Positions 59,894-64,000 of a stretch of 64,000 nucleotides of DNA are shown here, one piece after another. A model generated the notes under the pieces. That model searched no databases. It was not told the DNA's origin and worked only from the letters and a program-made list of their open reading frames with translations. Every line of letters begins with the position of its first letter. Position 1 is the first letter of the stretch. The translations under genes were made by a program, and so were the position numbers. This DNA is from Myxococcales bacterium (GTDB lineage: Bacteria; Myxococcota_A; Polyangia; Polyangiales; DASUME01). The stretch is taken from the NCBI GenBank assembly GCA_047601445.1, contig JASGJH010000001.1, forward strand, positions 1,312,001 to 1,376,000, given 5' to 3'.

Positions 59894-61003
59894 GTGAATG
59901 CACCGCTCAAGCGCACGCCCCTCTTCGAAGCCCATCGCGCCCTAGGTGGGCGTATCGTTCCCTTCGCAGGTTGGGAGCTGCCCGTTCAATACGCGGGCGT
60001 CGTCGAAGAACACCGCGCCGTCCGCGAGCGAGCAGGGTTGTTCGACGTTTCCCACATGGGAGAGCTCTTCCTGCGTGGCAGCGGCGCCCAGGGCCTTGTC
60101 GATAGTCTCGTCACTAACGACGTTGGCAAGCTGCCGGTGGGCAAGGCCGTCTACACCTGCGGTTGCAACGAGCAGGGCACCATCCTGGATGACCTGATCG
60201 TCTATCGCGTCGCCAGCGAGGAAATCCTGGTGGTGTGCAACGCGGGCAATCTCGAGAAGATGTCGGCTCACTTCGCCAAGCACGCCCAGGGCCGCTGTGA
60301 GTTCCGCGACGAAAGCGCCGACACGGTGCTGATCGCGCTGCAGGGCCCGCGTGCCCCCGAGGTCCTGGCCGAGGCGGGGGGCAGCCCCGAGCTGCTGGCG
60401 CTGCCTCGCTTTGGCGTAGCGCGCGGCAAAGTCGGCCCCCACGAGTTGCTGGTGGCCCGCACCGGCTACACCGGCGAAGACGGCTTCGAGCTGTTCGTGC
60501 CCAACGCCCAGGGCGTGGAGGTTTGGGAACGTCTGCTCGCCGCAGGCAAGAAGGTGGAAATCCACCCGGTCGGCCTCGGCGCCCGCGACACACTCCGCCT
60601 CGAGGCGGCCCTGCGGCTCTACGGCAACGACATGGACGAGACCACCGATCCCTGGGAGACCGGGCTCGGCTGGACCGTGAAACTAGAAGGCCGGGAGTTC
60701 CTGGGACGAAGCGCCCTGGTGGAGCGCAAGCAGCGCGGAACCGGCAAGAAGCTGGTCGGCATCGAGATGGTCGGTCGAGGCATCGCTCGCCACGGCTATC
60801 CGGTGGTCGATCCAACGGCCACTGGCAACGTCATCGGCCAGGTCACCAGTGGCTCACCCGGCCCCTCTCTCGGCCGCAACGTCGGGCTCGCCTTCGTGCC
60901 TACCGAGCGCTCCGCCGTGGGCAGCACGGTGGCCATCGACATCCGCGGCAAGGCCATCGAAGCCAAGGTGGTCCCGCTTCCTTTCTACAAGCGGCTTAGC
61001 TGA
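59894..61003 (+). CDS. gcvT: Glycine cleavage system aminomethyltransferase T
   Basis: FAGWELPVQY, GLFDVSHMG, RTGYTGEDGFE, GLGARDTLRLEA. Confidence 0.96.
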   Translation: MNAPLKRTPLFEAHRALGGRIVPFAGWELPVQYAGVVEEHRAVRERAGLFDVSHMGELFLRGSGAQGLVDSLVTNDVGKLPVGKAVYTCGCNEQGTILDDLIVYRVASEEILVVCNAGNLEKMSAHFAKHAQGRCEFRDESADTVLIALQGPRAPEVLAEAGGSPELLALPRFGVARGKVGPHELLVARTGYTGEDGFELFVPNAQGVEVWERLLAAGKKVEIHPVGLGARDTLRLEAALRLYGNDMDETTDPWETGLGWTVKLEGREFLGRSALVERKQRGTGKKLVGIEMVGRGIARHGYPVVDPTATGNVIGQVTSGSPGPSLGRNVGLAFVPTERSAVGSTVAIDIRGKAIEAKVVPLPFYKRLS

Positions 61004-61085
61004 AGAGTATTTTGCGCACGACCGTGCGCCTGATTTGTGTTCGCGTCCCAACGCTTCCCGTCCGCACGCCAGAAAGAGCATCCCC

Positions 61086-61478
61086 ATGAGCGAGATCCCG
61101 AAGAACCTCCGGTACACCAAAGACCACGAGTGGGCGCGCCTGACCGGCGACATCGTCGAGGTCGGCATCACCGGCTACGCGGTGGAGCAGCTGGGTGACG
61201 TCACCCTGGTGGACCTGCCGGAGCCCGGGACCAAGCTGGTGGCGCACAAGCGCTTCGGCGACATCGAGTCCGTGAAGACGGTGAGCGAGCTGTTCGCCCC
61301 CATCGCCGGCGAGGTGGTCGAGGTGAACGAAGCCCTCAAGGACCAGCCCGAGCTCGTCAACGACAGCGCCTACGAAAAGGGCTGGATGGTGCGCCTCAAG
61401 GTAGCAAACTCGAGCGAGCTGGACGCCCTGATGGACGCCGACGCTTACACCGCCTATCTCGGCACCCTCGATCACTGA
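61086..61478 (+). CDS. gcvH: Glycine cleavage system H protein
   Basis: YTKDHEW, IESVKTVSE (lipoyl Lys), YEKGW. Confidence 0.96.
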   Translation: MSEIPKNLRYTKDHEWARLTGDIVEVGITGYAVEQLGDVTLVDLPEPGTKLVAHKRFGDIESVKTVSELFAPIAGEVVEVNEALKDQPELVNDSAYEKGWMVRLKVANSSELDALMDADAYTAYLGTLDH

Positions 61479-61492
61479 TCTTCAGGAACTCC

Positions 61493-62842
61493 ATGCGCTA
61501 CCTGCCGCACACCGAACAAGAGATCCGCGGGATGCTCGAACGCATCGGCATCCCCGACGTCGACGCCCTGTTCGCGCCCATCCCCGAGGCCTACCGCCTC
61601 AACCGCCCGCTGGCCCTGGAGCCCGCCCTCGACGAGGCGCAGCTCATGGGACACATGGAGGCCCTGGCCGGCAAGAACGACGCCGCCAGCAAGGTCTCCT
61701 TCCTGGGCGCCGGCATTTACGACCACCACATCCCGCCCGCGGTAGACCAGCTGCTCCTGCGCAGCGAGTTCTACACAGCCTACACGCCCTATCAGCCCGA
61801 GTACTCCCAGGGTACCCTGCAGGCCATCTTCGAGTTCCAGACCCTGGTCTGCCAGCTGTTCGGCCTCGAGGTCGCCAACGCGTCCATGTACGACGGCGCC
61901 AGCGCCGCGGCAGAGGCCGTGCTGATGGCGCGCCGCGGCTCACGCCGCACCAAGGTGCTGGTCTCCGAGGGACTCCACCCGGAGTACGCCGAGACCATCC
62001 ACACCTATCTCGCCGGCATGGGCGACGAGCAGGCCATCGTGCGCATCCCCGTGGGCAGCGATGGCCGCACCGATGTGGCCAGCCTGAGTGCGGCGCTCGG
62101 CGACGACACCGCCTGCCTCATCGTGGGTTACCCGAACTTCTTCGGCGTGGTGGAGGACCTCGGCAAGCTGCGCGAGCTCACCGCCGCGAAGGGTGTCCAG
62201 CTCGTCACCGCCACGGCCGAGGCCTACGCGCTCAGCGTGCTCAAGCCGCCGGGCGACTTTGGCGCGGACATCTCGGTGGGCGAAGGCCAGAGCCTCGCTG
62301 TGCCCCCGCAGCTCGGTGGTCCCGGCGTGGGCCTGTTCGCGTGTCGCTCCGCGGCAGTGAACAAGATGCCCGGGCGCCTGTGCGGCGAGACCGTGGATCA
62401 GAAGGGTCTGCGCGGCTTCGTGCTCACGCTGAGCACGCGCGAGCAGCACATCCGACGCGAGCGAGCCACCAGCAACATCTGCACGAACCACGGGCTCATC
62501 GCCCTCGCCTTCGCCATCCGCGTCAGCATGCTCGGGCGCAGCGGCTTCCGGGCGGCCGGCGAGCTGTGCCTGCGGCGCGCCGAGTACTTGAAGCAGCAAA
62601 TCCGCCAGATCCCGGGCTTCTCCATCCCCTACTCCGCCCCCACGTTCAACGAGTTCGTGGTCCAGCTGGAGCGCGGCTCGGCCGCCCCGCTGCTCAAGGA
62701 CCTCGAGGGACGCGGCATCCTCGGTGGCGTTTGGCTGGGGCGCTTCGACCGTGCTCGAGACAACCAGTTCCTGGTGGCCGTCACCGAGCGGCATACGCGC
62801 GACACGCTGGATCGCCTGGTCGCCGCGCTCCGCGAAGCTTGA
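61493..62842 (+). CDS. gcvPA: Glycine dehydrogenase subunit 1
   Basis: YTAYTPYQPEYSQG, NASMYDGA, TREQHIRRERATSNICTN. Confidence 0.95.
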   Translation: MRYLPHTEQEIRGMLERIGIPDVDALFAPIPEAYRLNRPLALEPALDEAQLMGHMEALAGKNDAASKVSFLGAGIYDHHIPPAVDQLLLRSEFYTAYTPYQPEYSQGTLQAIFEFQTLVCQLFGLEVANASMYDGASAAAEAVLMARRGSRRTKVLVSEGLHPEYAETIHTYLAGMGDEQAIVRIPVGSDGRTDVASLSAALGDDTACLIVGYPNFFGVVEDLGKLRELTAAKGVQLVTATAEAYALSVLKPPGDFGADISVGEGQSLAVPPQLGGPGVGLFACRSAAVNKMPGRLCGETVDQKGLRGFVLTLSTREQHIRRERATSNICTNHGLIALAFAIRVSMLGRSGFRAAGELCLRRAEYLKQQIRQIPGFSIPYSAPTFNEFVVQLERGSAAPLLKDLEGRGILGGVWLGRFDRARDNQFLVAVTERHTRDTLDRLVAALREA

Positions 62843-62978
62843 GCTCGGCACCCGCTTTGGGCCGTTCGCGCAAGCGCGACTGAACGGCCCGAGCGGGCCG
62901 GCACATGCAGGCTCATGTGGGCTAGAGTCCTACCCATCTTTGGCGAAAGAGGGGCCACGCTGCTAGTCTGGAGCCTGT

Positions 62979-64000
<1,022 letters not shown>

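Overview
High-GC, gene-dense window that looks like core chromosome of a myxobacterium. A Polyangiales/Sorangiineae-like origin is inferred from three PEGA-type Ser/Thr kinases, an FHA-sigma54 activator, an ECF sigma/anti-sigma/FrzS-like trio and Cys-rich MopE-type repeats. Housekeeping genes: tatA, an RlmI-like methyltransferase, acnA, tRNA-Cys, rimP-nusA-ylxR-infB-DUF503-rbfA-truB, HU, ybeY, eno, sppA, mutS2, mutL-miaA, ilvD, gcvT-gcvH-gcvPA and lon (partial). No transposase, integrase, prophage or CRISPR array was seen. Most notable observations: (1) all four apparent frameshifts can be repaired at a GATC motif, suggesting sequencing error caused by a GATC DNA modification; (2) a cluster of DnaA-box-like 9-mers between HU and ybeY with no dnaA nearby; (3) a full-length biotin carboxylase homologue with several catalytic residues replaced; (4) a patch of small membrane ORFs after tRNA-Cys, with a duplicated terminator sequence; (5) a cytidylyltransferase/CDP-alcohol phosphotransferase pair and an LtaS-like membrane 'sulfatase' with HEAT repeats. 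All calls come from motif recognition by eye, no searches were run, and many start codons are best guesses.
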